From the sequence record CP109674.1: a stretch of 64,000 bases of DNA; one strand, given 5' to 3'. The translations under genes were made by a program, and so were the position numbers. This stretch comes from a plasmid. Under the pieces are notes generated by a model, which was not told the DNA's origin, did not search any database, and saw nothing but the letters and a program-made list of their open reading frames with translations. Positions within the stretch are counted from its first letter, which is position 1. The number at the start of each line of letters is the position of its first letter. This document shows, in pieces, positions 1-11,544 of the stretch.

Positions 1-47
1 GAAGCGACAGCCATCATAGCAATAAAGGATACAAGGATCTTTTTCAT
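1..47 (-). CDS. pcoE: PcoE copper-binding periplasmic protein, N-terminal 15 codons only (gene continues beyond window start)
   Basis: Reverse complement of 1..47 reads ATG AAA AAG ATC CTT GTA TCC TTT ATT GCT ATG ATG GCT GTC GC (MKKILVSFIAMMAVA). This is a signal peptide typical of PcoE/SilE-family proteins. It lies downstream of pcoS on the same strand, as in pcoABCDRSE. Confidence 0.55.
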   Translation of the reverse strand, partial: MKKILVSFIAMMAVA

Positions 48-218
48 GGTTGGGTCTCCGGTGTTTTCATACCCGAACAATCAATGCTTATAACAGAGAA
101 AGCATTTGATCTCAGGGCTGGTTGATCATCACGCCAGGAACCGGGCGATTGAATTATCACGCTGTCCTGATTTATGGCTGATTATAAAAAACCGCCTCTG
201 TTTATCGCGTGACTGAAC

Positions 219-236
219 GATGACATTTTTGTCACC
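219..236. promoter_or_regulatory. Copper-box-like palindrome (ATGACAttttTGTCAC) upstream of pcoE
   Basis: An inverted repeat TGACA-N5-TGTCA lies about 170 bp upstream of the pcoE start. The same half-sites occur in the silC/silR and silE promoter regions of this window. Confidence 0.4.
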
Positions 237-262
237 TTCCGGGTTTCTCCTGAATAACGGTA

Positions 263-1663
263 TTAATCCATTAACAGACGCACACTGAACACAATTTCCC
301 GCCCCTGCTGTTCTGCTGACAGCTCGCCGCCGTGAGCATGAATGATCGACCTTGTAATTGATAATCCCAGCCCCGCGCCTTCCGTATTGTAGAACCTTGA
401 TGAGTCTGCGCGATAGAACCGGTCAAACAAACGTTCCAGATTAGCGGGAACCTGGCCGGACATCGTATTCGTAATCATCACGTTCACACAGTCACTGTCA
501 CGCTCAAGGTGTATCGCTGTACAGGTGTTATCGGGAGAATACTTGATTGCATTGGAAAGCAGGTTACTGAAAGCACGTCGGAGCATATCGCTGTCTCCGG
601 CAACAACGCCCTCTCCTTCAACCGTGATTGTCTTTCCTGTTTCGTCTGCCAGGGGCTCGAACAACTCACGTAATTCATTCAGTTCGGCTGCCAGATCCAC
701 ATCATGTTTATCCAGCCGCAGCAGACCATGCTCTGAACGTGCCAGAAAAAGCATGTCACTGGTCATTCGTGACAACCTTTTCAGTTCTTCCAGGTTAGCG
801 AATAAAATTTCGCGGTAATGCGAAACATCCCTTTCCTTAGCCAGTGCAAACTGCGTCTGCATCATCAGATTACTGACTGGTGTGCGCAGCTCATGCGCGA
901 TGTCAGACGAGAAATCTGACAGTTTCCGGAATGCCCCCTCCAGGCGATCAAACATATTATTGAACTCCTGCATGGTCTCAGAGATTTCCGGCGGAGCCAG
1001 ATCGGGATTTAGACGCTGATCCAGGCTGTGTACAGTCATGGAGGAAGCCAGACTGGTCATTTCCCGTAACGGTTTCAGACCAATACGTGTGGTCAGCCAG
1101 CCCAGAAAAACAGAAATAAAGACCAGACCGATATTGAACCAGAACAGCCAGGTACTGAGTTTGTCCATAAACAGGGTGTGATACCCAGTATCCGTGGCAA
1201 CCGTAATGATGACATGTTTGCTTTTACCCTGTTCCGGCGTCATGGCAACCCGCCGCGAGATACTGCGGTACACGGTGTTATTTTCTTCCGTCTGGATCAT
1301 ATAGTCGAGAATATCACCCGACTTATTAAGCAGGACCGCTGGAACAACAGAATTTTTGGCATAGAGTTCAACAATTTTTTCATTTTCCATGTTTTTTATA
1401 GAAATGAATAAACCATTGTGCCCTACCATCGCATCGTTTATTTTTTCTGATAATGACTTAATATCCGTTTTGTTCCGGAACGTCTCTGTTTTAAGAAACT
1501 CTTCGGTGAGCTGAAGTTTACCTGTCAGAAAATCGCGGTCCTGATTATCGAAATAGCCATTAAGGGTGCTAATCAGGATAAAACTTGATAACCACCATAC
1601 CGTAAGCATCACCGCAGAAAAAATCAGGCTCAGGCGTGTGGTCAGGGAAATTTTGAACCTCAC
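263..1663 (-). CDS. pcoS: Two-component sensor histidine kinase for copper resistance
   Basis: 466-aa ORF with HAMP, HisKA (H-box ELRTP) and HATPase motifs. It overlaps the stop of the upstream response regulator and sits downstream of pcoABCD. Confidence 0.9.
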   Translation of the reverse strand: MRFKISLTTRLSLIFSAVMLTVWWLSSFILISTLNGYFDNQDRDFLTGKLQLTEEFLKTETFRNKTDIKSLSEKINDAMVGHNGLFISIKNMENEKIVELYAKNSVVPAVLLNKSGDILDYMIQTEENNTVYRSISRRVAMTPEQGKSKHVIITVATDTGYHTLFMDKLSTWLFWFNIGLVFISVFLGWLTTRIGLKPLREMTSLASSMTVHSLDQRLNPDLAPPEISETMQEFNNMFDRLEGAFRKLSDFSSDIAHELRTPVSNLMMQTQFALAKERDVSHYREILFANLEELKRLSRMTSDMLFLARSEHGLLRLDKHDVDLAAELNELRELFEPLADETGKTITVEGEGVVAGDSDMLRRAFSNLLSNAIKYSPDNTCTAIHLERDSDCVNVMITNTMSGQVPANLERLFDRFYRADSSRFYNTEGAGLGLSITRSIIHAHGGELSAEQQGREIVFSVRLLMD

Positions 1664-2346
1664 TCTTCTCTGATCTCCAGGACATATCCGGCACCGCGAA
1701 CGGTATGGATCAGTTTTGGCTCAAAGTCATCATCAATTTTACTTCTCAGACGTCTCACGGCGACATCAATCACATTCGTATCACTGTCAAAATTCATGTT
1801 CCAGACCAGGGACGAGATAAGACTCCTGGGTAACACTTCTCCGGTGCGTTGCAGCAGCAACTCAAGCAGAACGTATTCTTTACCGGTGAGATGGATCTTC
1901 TTCCCCGAACGGATCACGGTCCGGCGCACCATATCAACGGTCATATCGGCGATGGTGCAGACTGTTGCGGCCTGCGAGCGTGCCCGGCGCAGTAGGGTTC
2001 TTACACGTGCAACCAGCTCCGTAAAATCAAAGGGCTTAATCAGGTAGTCATCTGCGCCAAGCTCCAGTCCTTTCACTTTGTCCCGCACGTTGTCCTTTGC
2101 GGTTAAAAACAGGACCGGTTCTTCGTGCCCGGACTCCCTCAGTGCGCTGATGATTTGCCACCCGTCGAGGAAAGGCAGCATCACGTCCAGTATTATCAAA
2201 TCATACTGTCCCTTCGACGCGGCCCCGAGACCATCGCGGCCATTATTAAAGAGATCGGCCTGATAGCCTTCCTCAACCAGTCCCTGCTGCAGGTAACGAC
2301 CTGTTTTTTGTTCGTCTTCAACGATTAAAATACGCTGCATGGTCAA
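1660..2346 (-). CDS. pcoR: OmpR-family response regulator for copper resistance
   Basis: 228-aa ORF with a receiver domain (LILDVMLP) and winged-helix C-terminus. It is translationally coupled to pcoS. Confidence 0.9.
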   Translation of the reverse strand: MTMQRILIVEDEQKTGRYLQQGLVEEGYQADLFNNGRDGLGAASKGQYDLIILDVMLPFLDGWQIISALRESGHEEPVLFLTAKDNVRDKVKGLELGADDYLIKPFDFTELVARVRTLLRRARSQAATVCTIADMTVDMVRRTVIRSGKKIHLTGKEYVLLELLLQRTGEVLPRSLISSLVWNMNFDSDTNVIDVAVRRLRSKIDDDFEPKLIHTVRGAGYVLEIREE

Positions 2347-2394
2347 CTCGCTGATATGAAAGTAAAAATCTCACGCATGAGCTTTGGCTGTCCC

Positions 2395-3324
2395 CTAGCT
2401 GACCTGAGACGGAGCAAGCATTCCGAGCCACGCTACGGCGCCCAGAATGATAATCGCAACAACGAATTCTGTCAGGATGCTGTTTCGCATCAGGGCAACG
2501 CTGCGATCATAATTCCCTTCCCTGACCATAACTTCAAGCCGGGGACCCAGGTGAAACCGGTTTGCTGCAGCCAGAAGAAGCATCAGAACAAACAGAGCCG
2601 TCTTGGCAAGCAATATCCTCCCCCAGGAACTGTTGAATAAGGGAGTTAAGTTACCCTCAGCAATATACAGATAGTTGACCAGCGCACTCAGGATCAGGGC
2701 TACAACAATCACCGTTCCTGCCGTGGCAAATTTTGCCAGGGAGTCAGATATCACAATGACGCTCTGTGCATTATGCTCGTTTCTGCGCATCAGCAGGATA
2801 GCAAATGCAACCAGAGCACCTGTCCAGGCACCTGCAGCGCCGAGATGGGTCAGATCGCTCAGTAAATGGAGATAGTAATGCAGACCGTCATGCATAACGG
2901 CGTGTCCTCCCCAGGCAAGTGTAGCCAGCGCCACGCCCCCACTCATCGTCATCAGCAGGCAGGACAATACTCTCTTATTAGTGTAAAGGAACAAAGCACC
3001 GAGTGTGGTAAACAGGGCACAGAGCCTGACAATCCAGCTAATACCCACATCAGTTTCTTCTATCACCATCTCGATAACATGGATGGATAATTCTCTGAGG
3101 TCAGTTACTCCACTCATGGCATTAGATACCAGGAGCATATTAATGCCAGTAAGAATGATGCCTGTAACAACAGCAAAGGTTATAAACGACCTGAAATTAG
3201 TCAGGTTATAGGTTTCATGTCTGACACCGCTTATTCCATATATCTGAAAAAATGGCAATCCAAATATTACCATCAAATCCAGATAAAGAAGAAAACGAAT
3301 AACAATCATAATCAGGTCGTTCAT
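2395..3324 (-). CDS. pcoD: Copper resistance inner-membrane protein PcoD/CopD
   Basis: 309-aa polytopic membrane protein immediately downstream of pcoC. Confidence 0.85.
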
Positions 3325-3328
3325 AATA

Positions 3329-3709
3329 TTACTTCACTGTAAAGGTGTAATTACCGGTAATAGGGTGCGTATCTGAAGAAACCGCGCGCCAGTCAACACG
3401 ATAAGTGCCAGCGGGTAAAGGCTCTCGCGGAATAATGACCATCGATTTAGGGTCAGCGCCTGGCGCCACTTTTGCCGCGACCGGCATCGGAGAATGTGAT
3501 GACATGCCTTTCATACCCGTCATCGTTAATTTTGCACCTGAGAATTTCACGGTCAGATTTTCCGAGAAATTAAGCTGAATCTTTTCCGGGGCCGCTACGG
3601 CTGAATCAGCCTGTGGCACAGAGCTTTTTAATTCCGGATGGGCCATAGCAGAGAAAGCAACGCCCATAACGAGGCCACCTGTAAGAATGGCTTTATTTAA
3701 AATCGACAT
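3329..3709 (-). CDS. pcoC: Periplasmic copper chaperone PcoC/CopC
   Basis: 126-aa ORF with a signal peptide, a Met-rich loop ([13 protein letters not shown]) and a CopC fold. Confidence 0.85.
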
Positions 3710-3748
3710 TTTATTTACCTGTTTAGTTGAGTGTTTTATATCAGTGCG

Positions 3749-4648
3749 TTAAAACCAGATTCTGGCTCCCGCCAGGAATACTACCTGATGGTCTTTCTCA
3801 CCTTCTCTTTTCGCCATATCGGATGTTTTCCCGTAAAGTTGATTCCAGGAAACGCCTATATAGGGTGCAAACTCACGGCGTATTTCATAGCGCAGCCGGA
3901 GCCCCAGCTCTGTGTCAGTCAGTCCCCTGCCGCGACCCCGCGATTCATCATCCTGACTGTAGAAATTCACCTCATAGGATGGCTGGAGTATGAGCCGGTT
4001 AGTCAGTAAAACGTCGTATTCTCCTCCCAGACGAAGGGCTGCTTTTCCGCCATTACTGACAAAACCCGTAATTTCAGACTCAAAATTATAGAGTGCCAGC
4101 CCCTGAAAACCGACAGCAGCCCAGGTCCGGGCAGAAGCAGGTCTGAAATCCTGCCTGACACCCGCAACCAAATCCCACCATGGGCCAACCGCATGTCCCC
4201 AGAGTAACTGCGCTTCAGCCGCCTCCGTTTCCCCATTGCTTCGTTCACCTTCACTCTTTAGCCAAATCCGATCTGTGTCGCCTCCAATCCAGCTGTTAAC
4301 ACTCCAGCTGAAATTGTTGGTGTTATCCGACCGTTGCCATTCCAGTTGATCCAGCAGAACCAGATAATTAATCGCACTGTCGTGAATCGCATGCCCCTGT
4401 AAATTGCCGAATGCAGCCTTCCGGTCGGCATCGGTAACAGGCGGAATTGGCGTTCTGCTCTCAGTTACAATGGGCTCCATTGACGTCATCTCAGTGAAAT
4501 TCTCATCTGCTGGCATCTGCATGGCAGACATGTCGTGCCCGGCGTGGGGATCTGCAGAGACGGAGCCCGCCGCAATAGAAAACTGTGAGGTAAACAAACC
4601 GGCGACCAGAACAGGTATGGCCTTCAAATTTCTCTTCATTCGCATCAT
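3749..4648 (-). CDS. pcoB: Outer-membrane copper resistance protein PcoB/CopB
   Basis: 299-aa ORF with a signal peptide, a His/Met-rich N-terminus and a beta-barrel C-terminus ending in F. Its start overlaps the pcoA stop. Confidence 0.85.
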   Translation of the reverse strand: MMRMKRNLKAIPVLVAGLFTSQFSIAAGSVSADPHAGHDMSAMQMPADENFTEMTSMEPIVTESRTPIPPVTDADRKAAFGNLQGHAIHDSAINYLVLLDQLEWQRSDNTNNFSWSVNSWIGGDTDRIWLKSEGERSNGETEAAEAQLLWGHAVGPWWDLVAGVRQDFRPASARTWAAVGFQGLALYNFESEITGFVSNGGKAALRLGGEYDVLLTNRLILQPSYEVNFYSQDDESRGRGRGLTDTELGLRLRYEIRREFAPYIGVSWNQLYGKTSDMAKREGEKDHQVVFLAGARIWF

Positions 4649-6468
4649 TCCTCCACCCGGACTTCACGAAACATTCCCATTTCCATGTGATAGAGCAAAT
4701 GGCAGTGATACGCCCAGCGGCCAAGCGCATCTGCTGTCACTCTGTAACTGCGTTTTGTACCAGGGGGAACATCTATTGTGTGTTTACGAACCATGAAATT
4801 ACCGTTTTCATCTTCCAGATCGCTCCACATACCATGCAGGTGAATGGGGTGAGTCATCATGGTATCGTTGATCAGCGTGATCCTGAGCCGCTCACCGTAT
4901 TTCAGCAGCACCGGTGCGGCATCTGAAAACTTGATTCCGTTAAATGACCAGGCAAACTTTTCCATGTGGCCGGTTAAATGCAGTTCTATGGTACGGCCAG
5001 GTTCACGTCCGTCAGGATCCTCAAAGCGGCTTTTCAAATCCGCGTACGTGAGAACCTTTCTTCCGTTATTTCGAAGACCAATACCCGGATCATTTAATTT
5101 CGGAGAGACGCTCATCGCCTGCATATCAACCAGTGGGTTATCCGTTTCTGACGCAGGATGACTTTGCATACCCGGCATTCCGGCCATCCGGGAATGATCC
5201 ATACCGGCCATGCTGCTGTGATCCATGGGCGCGGAGGATGTCCCGCTATCCGGAAGGTCAGCACCGTCCATAGACATCATCTCTCCGCTGTTATCCATGC
5301 CTCCCATCTGGCTGTGGTCCATTCCTGCCATATCATGTCCCATTCCCCCCATACCCATATCTTCCATGGTCAACAGAGGACGGGGATCGAGGGGGGGAAC
5401 GGCAGCACTTAACCCCTCTCTCGTGGCCAGTGTCCCTCGAGCGTAACCGGTCCTGTCCATGGATTGTGCGAAGATGGTATAGGCCTCACCCTGAGGCTCC
5501 ACAATGACATCATAGGTTTCGGCAACGGCAATCCTGAATTCGTCAACGGTAACCGGGTTTACATACTGGCCATCTGCAGCCACGACCGTCATTTTCAGCC
5601 CGGGGATACGGATATCGAAATAGGTCATTGCCGAGCCGTTGATAAACCGTAAGCGTATCTTTTCACCGGGACGGAACAGTCCGGTCCAGTTTTTCAGCGG
5701 GGCCTGCCCGTTCATGAGATAGGTGTAGGTGTAGCCACTGACATCCGCGAGGTCAGTCGGATTCATTTTCATTTCAGCCCACATTTTCCGATCGGCAATG
5801 GTGGCTGACAGCCCCCTGGTATTCACGTCGCGGAAAAAAGAGCCAACGGTTGGTTTATTGAAATTGTAGTAATCCGACTGTTTTTTTAATTTTTTCAGCA
5901 GGCTGTGAGGATTTTCATCGGTCCAGTCAGACAACATGACCACATGCTCACGATCGTAAGCAAACGGTTCTGGCTCCCTGGCATCGATGATAATGGCACC
6001 GTATACCCCCTCCTGTTCCTGCAGACCGGAATGGCTGTGGTACCAGTAAGTCCCGTTCTGCTTAACCTTAAAGGTGTAAACGTAGGTATCATCAGGCTCT
6101 ATGCCCATAAAACTCAGCCCCGGAACACCATCCATATTGGCCGGAAGAATAATGCCGTGCCAGTGAATGGACGTCTGTTCATTAAGACGGTTTTTGACCT
6201 TCAGGGTAATGGTGTCACCTTCTTTCCAGCGAAGAACGGGCCCCGGCAGGCCTCCATTGATTGTTTTGGCCTGACGCTCACTGCCCGTGATATTGACGGC
6301 CGTTTCACCAATGGTCAGGTCAAACTGAGTACCCTGCAGGGATGCGGCAACTGGCAGGCTCAGACTGGAACGCGCATTGAAACTCCATACGCCAAGACTT
6401 CCGGCTACGCCAGAGAGGGTTAACCCCTTCAGGAAAGTTCGTCGAGACGTTTTCAACAGCATGCGCAT
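4645..6468 (-). CDS. pcoA: Multicopper oxidase PcoA/CopA with Tat signal
   Basis: 607-aa ORF with a twin-arginine signal (SRRTFLKG), cupredoxin copper-ligand motifs ([16 protein letters not shown]) and a Met/His/Gly-rich insert. Confidence 0.9.
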   Translation of the reverse strand: MRMLLKTSRRTFLKGLTLSGVAGSLGVWSFNARSSLSLPVAASLQGTQFDLTIGETAVNITGSERQAKTINGGLPGPVLRWKEGDTITLKVKNRLNEQTSIHWHGIILPANMDGVPGLSFMGIEPDDTYVYTFKVKQNGTYWYHSHSGLQEQEGVYGAIIIDAREPEPFAYDREHVVMLSDWTDENPHSLLKKLKKQSDYYNFNKPTVGSFFRDVNTRGLSATIADRKMWAEMKMNPTDLADVSGYTYTYLMNGQAPLKNWTGLFRPGEKIRLRFINGSAMTYFDIRIPGLKMTVVAADGQYVNPVTVDEFRIAVAETYDVIVEPQGEAYTIFAQSMDRTGYARGTLATREGLSAAVPPLDPRPLLTMEDMGMGGMGHDMAGMDHSQMGGMDNSGEMMSMDGADLPDSGTSSAPMDHSSMAGMDHSRMAGMPGMQSHPASETDNPLVDMQAMSVSPKLNDPGIGLRNNGRKVLTYADLKSRFEDPDGREPGRTIELHLTGHMEKFAWSFNGIKFSDAAPVLLKYGERLRITLINDTMMTHPIHLHGMWSDLEDENGNFMVRKHTIDVPPGTKRSYRVTADALGRWAYHCHLLYHMEMGMFREVRVEE

Positions 6469-6579
6469 TCCCTTATTTAAAGTATGGTTACTGACAGAAT
6501 TCGAGAACCGATTTAAATTAAATTACTGGTTCATCCACTTACAATGAAATGAATCTAGCACACCTTAAGAAACAAATTC

Positions 6580-6613
6580 ATTACAATCGTGTAATGTACA
6601 TAGCTGTATTACA
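6580..6613. promoter_or_regulatory. Palindromic motifs (ATTACAatcgTGTAAT and TGTAcatagcTGTAttACA) in the pcoA/pcoE-like divergent intergenic region
   Basis: A perfect inverted repeat lies 110 bp upstream of pcoA and 100 bp upstream of the divergent pcoE-like gene. It is a candidate PcoR/CusR-type operator. Confidence 0.3.
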
Positions 6614-6696
6614 TTTACGTCATCTTCCCCACAGGTTGATTATTTTTATATATGATCATAAGGACATCTTTTATGTACCTCAGAAGGTAATTACAC

Positions 6697-7146
6697 ATGA
6701 ATATATTAATCACGACCACTGCGTTTACAGCTTTATTTTGTGGGGCAGCTTTTGCTCAGTCCAGTGATATTGCCCATGAAGCACATCGATTTGTTAATAA
6801 TGCCTCAGCCGTCAGTCATGTGAATTCCTCGACGCATGAAAACTTACCGGACAGGGTTAATAAAAACAACACGCCCTCATTCTCTGAAATGAATGAACAT
6901 GAAAGGGCCATTGTTGCTCATTCATTTATGAACAACAGCGCGTCCTATGCGCATCAGAAAATGATTGAGGAACATAAAAAAATGCTGTCCGGCAGTGATG
7001 CAAATTCAAAGACCTCGTCTTCTTCTTTTAACGAACTGAATGCCGGAGAAAAAGCCGCTCTCGTGCATGAGCTGGTCAATAATGCCGGTGCGGAAGCACA
7101 TCAGACGCAGGCAAGAAAGCTTCGCGGGCTGTATTCGACCAGGTAA
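6697..7146 (+). CDS. PcoE/SilE-family periplasmic metal-binding protein (second pcoE paralogue, pcoE1-like)
   Basis: 149-aa ORF with a signal peptide and repeated HEAHR, MNEHERA and HQxM motifs as in SilE/PcoE. It is divergent from pcoA. Confidence 0.7.
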   Translation: MNILITTTAFTALFCGAAFAQSSDIAHEAHRFVNNASAVSHVNSSTHENLPDRVNKNNTPSFSEMNEHERAIVAHSFMNNSASYAHQKMIEEHKKMLSGSDANSKTSSSSFNELNAGEKAALVHELVNNAGAEAHQTQARKLRGLYSTR

Positions 7147-7434
7147 CTGCAGGCGGGTTAGTGCTTAGCGTCAGGTGCGCAGCAGGGCTTTACTGACGGG
7201 TTACGTAGCAGGACATGAGCCCCATATTGCTCTGCCGTAACCTGTTTCAGTCCCGTTAATCATCACCGTCGGGCTGGTCATACAGTTCCCAGAGCTTCCG
7301 GAGCAAACGGGAAACAAGATATGTTACAAAAATGACGACCATCAACGGTGCTCCCGATTAACTGACAGATGACACGCCTCCTGAAAACCCCTAGCATACG
7401 CCGCAGTGTTCATGCTAACGGCGAATTCCAGTAA

Positions 7435-8172
7435 ATGTATTCTACCGATGTCGTAAAAGAAAATGCCTACCTTTCAGCCACCCGCTCGGGGCTGGAATCG
7501 AACGAGATCGCTACTCTTCAGCGCTCCTTGCCTTCCCGGTTTAATCTGCGGCATTTGAAAAAAAATGAATCATTAAAACTCGTACTGCAAAAGAAAGCGG
7601 GAAAATCACGTGTCGTGGCCTATAAATTTACGTCCGGTTCATTTAATTACACGGCGTATCGTATATCAGATAAAAAGTTCTATAACCTTTCCGATACTTC
7701 CGGGAAAGGCAGTCTCGATTATCCGTTACCGGCCACAGCAAGACTCAGTTCGCCTTTCAATCCTGCAAGACTTAACCCGGTATCGGGAAAAGTGAGTCCC
7801 CATAATGGCATTGATTATTCCATGCCCATGAACACGAAAATAGTCAGCGTCATCGACGGAAAAATCACCCGGGCCGAATACAACAGTACCATGGGATATT
7901 TTGTTGAAGTAACGGGAAAAGCCGGTGTTAAAACTCGCTATCTCCACCTCAATAAAATGCTCGTTACTAAAGGGGCCAGGGTTACCCGGGGAGACGCTAT
8001 TGCGTTATCCGGTAACAGCGGACGTTCATCCGGTCCTCATCTGCATTACGAGCTGGTCATCAATAACAATCCTGTTAACTCACTGGCGTTCCGGACGGCG
8101 GCACCCGCTGATAACAAACTCGAACAGCATGCCTTTGCGCATGCCAGAGACTACGAACGATACCTGGACTGA
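7435..8172 (+). CDS. M23-family metallopeptidase (LytM-type), as found between the pco and sil modules of copper/silver islands
   Basis: 245-aa ORF with the M23 motifs NGIDY...HLHYEL. It has no obvious signal peptide, so it may be N-terminally shortened. Confidence 0.75.
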   Translation: MYSTDVVKENAYLSATRSGLESNEIATLQRSLPSRFNLRHLKKNESLKLVLQKKAGKSRVVAYKFTSGSFNYTAYRISDKKFYNLSDTSGKGSLDYPLPATARLSSPFNPARLNPVSGKVSPHNGIDYSMPMNTKIVSVIDGKITRAEYNSTMGYFVEVTGKAGVKTRYLHLNKMLVTKGARVTRGDAIALSGNSGRSSGPHLHYELVINNNPVNSLAFRTAAPADNKLEQHAFAHARDYERYLD

Positions 8173-8205
8173 TAACGGGACCGCGACGCGGTCCCGTCTG
8201 CCGGA

Positions 8206-8403
8206 TTAATTTTTTTTATCGTTTTCACTTCCGTGATGTTGATGATCTCCATGCCCCCCGTGACCGTGGAAAAGATGCATGAGCGGACAAAGCAGCAGTA
8301 ACAGATATGGCCAGTAGCCTGCCACATGTGACCAGTGTTCGCGCAGGAGAGCAAATGCCGCAATCGCGGCGACAGCAATAAGCGCATAGGTTGTACTTTT
8401 CAT
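8206..8403 (-). CDS. Small His-rich membrane protein (DUF2933-like) adjacent to silP
   Basis: 65-aa ORF with one transmembrane helix and the tail HGHGGHGDHQHHGSE. It lies immediately downstream of silP. Confidence 0.5.
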   Translation of the reverse strand: MKSTTYALIAVAAIAAFALLREHWSHVAGYWPYLLLLLCPLMHLFHGHGGHGDHQHHGSENDKKN

Positions 8404-8443
8404 ACCGGACTCCTTCTGTTCGTAACAGCCCCTTCACTCAGTG

Positions 8444-10891
8444 TTATTTCCCGAGCCTGACACTTTTCAGACGCAACGCATTTGCAATGACGCTAACGGA
8501 GGAAAGGGCCATGGCCGCCGCCGCAATAACTGGCGACAGCAGTATTCCATACACAGGATAAAGCAGACCTGCAGCTACAGGCACCCCAAGAGCATTGTAG
8601 ATAAACGCAAAAAACAGATTCTGCCGGATATTTTTCATGGTGATCTCTGACAGATGACGGGCCCTGTTGAGTATCATCAAATCGCCTTTGAGAAGGGTAA
8701 CGCCAGCACTTTCTATTGCCACATCTGTACCCGTTCCCATGGCTATACCCACGTCAGCCGCTGCCAGCGCCGGGGCATCATTCACACCGTCTCCGGCCAT
8801 CGCAACCACATGGCCAGACTCTTTCAGTCGGGTTATCACTGCTTTTTTGCCATCCGGCAGAATCCCGGCTTCAACCTCATCTATTCCCAGTTTCCGTGCG
8901 ACTGCTTCAGCAGTAAGCTGGTTATCCCCGGTGAGCATAACAATGCGGATCCCCGCCTGACGCAAAGCTTTAAGCGCATCCGGCGTGGTTGCTTTCACGG
9001 GATCCGAGATAGCTATCAGGCCTGCAAGGTTCCCGTCTGTGGCCACATAGATAACGGTAGCGCCTTCCATCCGCAACGTATCCGCAACGGCCTTTTGATT
9101 ATCAATAACGATACTGTTTTCCTGCATAGCCAGTTCATTACCAATAACAACCCGTTGACCTTCGACATCGCCTGAGACACCTTTCCCCGACGGGGCATTG
9201 AAATTACTGACGGCAGGTATCACGATCCCCTTTTCATGCGCGGCTCTGACAACAGCCATACCCAACGGATGCTGCGAACCTTTTTCCACTGCAGCTGTTA
9301 CACGTAAAAGAGATATTTCCCCACCCGGACTGAGACTGATAATCCCTGTCACCGTAGGCGAACCTTCCGTGAGCGTGCCTGTTTTGTCGACAACCAGCGT
9401 GTCCACTTTTTCAAGACGCTCAAGGGCTTCGGCATTCTTGATTAACACCCCGGCCTGGGCGCCTTTGCCCACCCCCACCATTATCGACATCGGCGTGGCC
9501 AGTCCCAGCGCGCAGGGACAGGCAATAATCAGGACCGACACAGCCGCAATGAGACCGTGCGCCATCCTGGGCTCGGGCCCCCAGACAGACCAGATCAAGA
9601 AAGCAACAACCGCGATAAGTATCACCAGAGGAACAAACCAGCCTGAAACGCTGTCTGCCATTCTCTGGATGGGGGCACGCGAACGCTGTGCATCAGCGAC
9701 CATCTGAACAATTCGTGAGAGCATCGTTTCATCACCGACTTTCTCTGCACGGATGATAAGACTACCTGTCTGATTAATCGTCCCCCCAATGACAGGGTCA
9801 CCCTTCGTTTTGGTAACCGGCATAGACTCCCCGGTCACCATCGATTCATCCACAGTTGTTTTGCCTTCGATCACGATACCGTCGACCGGAATACTCTCTC
9901 CAGGTCTGATGCGGAGCTTATCGCCAGGCAGGACATCTTCCGCATTAATATCCGTTTCATGACCGTCATGATCCAGCCGTCTGGCGGTTTTGGGGGCAAG
10001 GTTCAGAAGCGCAGTAATGGCGCCTGAGGTTTGTTCCCGTGCCCGCAGCTCAAGAACCTGTCCCAGCAGAACAAGCACCGTAATAACTGCTGCGGCTTCA
10101 AAATAAACGGCCACCAGGCCATCCATGTTTCTGAACGATGCAGGAAACCAGGAGGGGAAGACGGTTGCAATGACGCTGTAAACCCAGGCTACGCCGGTCC
10201 CCATTGCAACAAGGGTAAACATATTCAGGGAGCGGTTACGTAACGACATTCCGGCCCGGGCGAAGAATGGCCAGCCACACCACAACACGACAGGGGAGGC
10301 CAGAAGCAACTGCAGCCATGTGTTGTACTGTGGCGGTACTGTATTCCTCAAGTCGGGAAACAGATGAGATCCCATTTCGAGTACCAGAACCGGAAACGCC
10401 AGCAACAACCCCAGCCAGAAGCGTCTTGTCATGTCGTGAAGTTCATCACTCGGCCCCGTGGATGCCGTGGCTACGAGCGGCTCCAGTGCCATTCCACAGA
10501 CAGGACAGCTTCCGGGACCACTGCGGCGTATCTCCGGGTGCATCGGACATGTCCACACACCTTCAGAATTCTCTTTTTCCGCCTGGTTGTGAGGCTGTTT
10601 TATCTGATCAGGGCTGACTTCGTGATGATCGTGGTGATGGTGATGGGAATGTTCACTGGCATCTTCGGTAAAATAATGATCGGGATGGGCTTTAAATTTG
10701 CTCTCACAGCTGGCGGAGCAGAAATAAAGCTGATGGTCCTGGTATCGAATGCTGCTGTGCGCCTTGTCAGGCAGGATGACCATCCCGCACACGGGATCTC
10801 TCACCTTATGCAATACGTGGCCCTCGTCCGGGGATAATGTCTGCTCAGAAGCAGTCTGGTTGTTGTGTTGCACTGCATTGTCATTTTTCAC
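8444..10891 (-). CDS. silP: P1B-type Ag+/Cu+ exporting ATPase
   Basis: 815-aa ORF with an N-terminal His-rich region, CxxC metal-binding motifs, a CPC transmembrane motif, the DKTGTLT phosphorylation site and GDGVNDAP. Confidence 0.9.
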   Translation of the reverse strand: MKNDNAVQHNNQTASEQTLSPDEGHVLHKVRDPVCGMVILPDKAHSSIRYQDHQLYFCSASCESKFKAHPDHYFTEDASEHSHHHHHDHHEVSPDQIKQPHNQAEKENSEGVWTCPMHPEIRRSGPGSCPVCGMALEPLVATASTGPSDELHDMTRRFWLGLLLAFPVLVLEMGSHLFPDLRNTVPPQYNTWLQLLLASPVVLWCGWPFFARAGMSLRNRSLNMFTLVAMGTGVAWVYSVIATVFPSWFPASFRNMDGLVAVYFEAAAVITVLVLLGQVLELRAREQTSGAITALLNLAPKTARRLDHDGHETDINAEDVLPGDKLRIRPGESIPVDGIVIEGKTTVDESMVTGESMPVTKTKGDPVIGGTINQTGSLIIRAEKVGDETMLSRIVQMVADAQRSRAPIQRMADSVSGWFVPLVILIAVVAFLIWSVWGPEPRMAHGLIAAVSVLIIACPCALGLATPMSIMVGVGKGAQAGVLIKNAEALERLEKVDTLVVDKTGTLTEGSPTVTGIISLSPGGEISLLRVTAAVEKGSQHPLGMAVVRAAHEKGIVIPAVSNFNAPSGKGVSGDVEGQRVVIGNELAMQENSIVIDNQKAVADTLRMEGATVIYVATDGNLAGLIAISDPVKATTPDALKALRQAGIRIVMLTGDNQLTAEAVARKLGIDEVEAGILPDGKKAVITRLKESGHVVAMAGDGVNDAPALAAADVGIAMGTGTDVAIESAGVTLLKGDLMILNRARHLSEITMKNIRQNLFFAFIYNALGVPVAAGLLYPVYGILLSPVIAAAAMALSSVSVIANALRLKSVRLGK

Positions 10892-11017
10892 AGTAACTCT
10901 CCTTATGCATACCGAAGCATCTTCTGTCTTCAGGGTATGTCATGGATGCGATTACCACGAATATCGCCGGCACAGGAGTGCCTGCTACCGGCGTCCCGTT
11001 ATCAGCCGTTCCGCTGA

Positions 11018-11464
11018 CTATTCGATTCGCTGGAAGACTTTTTTACTTCCATCCGGTGAGAATGCGATAACATCGTAAGCCTCTTTTCGGGCTCCCATCT
11101 CCATTCCAGGACTTCCTGCTGGCATACCGGGGGTGGCGAGACCGTATATACCCGAACCAGACTGCATTGCCTTATGTATCGTTGTCGCAGGCACATGGCC
11201 TTCAATGATCAAATTACCGGCAACCGCGGTATGACAACTTCGTAGTCCTGCAGGAACAGCATGCTTTTCTTTCAGGGCTGACAGCGCCTGATCATTCATG
11301 ACGTGAGTTCGTACTTCGAACCCGTCTTTTTCCATCGCTTTGCCCCACAGGGAACAACAGCCACAGTTTTCAGATTTGTACATATCAATCACTTTTTCAC
11401 TCGCCATCGCGGGTAGTGAAAGGCCGAGAGCCAGCGCCATTAGAACCACTTTTTTCATACTCAC
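11018..11464 (-). CDS. DUF411 periplasmic metal-binding protein (silG / ORF105-type)
   Basis: 148-aa ORF with a signal peptide and a CxCC motif (NCGCCS), lying between silA and silP as in sil operons. Confidence 0.7.
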   Translation of the reverse strand: MSMKKVVLMALALGLSLPAMASEKVIDMYKSENCGCCSLWGKAMEKDGFEVRTHVMNDQALSALKEKHAVPAGLRSCHTAVAGNLIIEGHVPATTIHKAMQSGSGIYGLATPGMPAGSPGMEMGARKEAYDVIAFSPDGSKKVFQRIE

Positions 11465-11544
11465 CTCTGTATATTATCGATATAAACCCTGACGTCAGGG
11501 TGAATCAGTAAAGAAGGACACCCACAGGGGGTGCCCTTTCAGGT

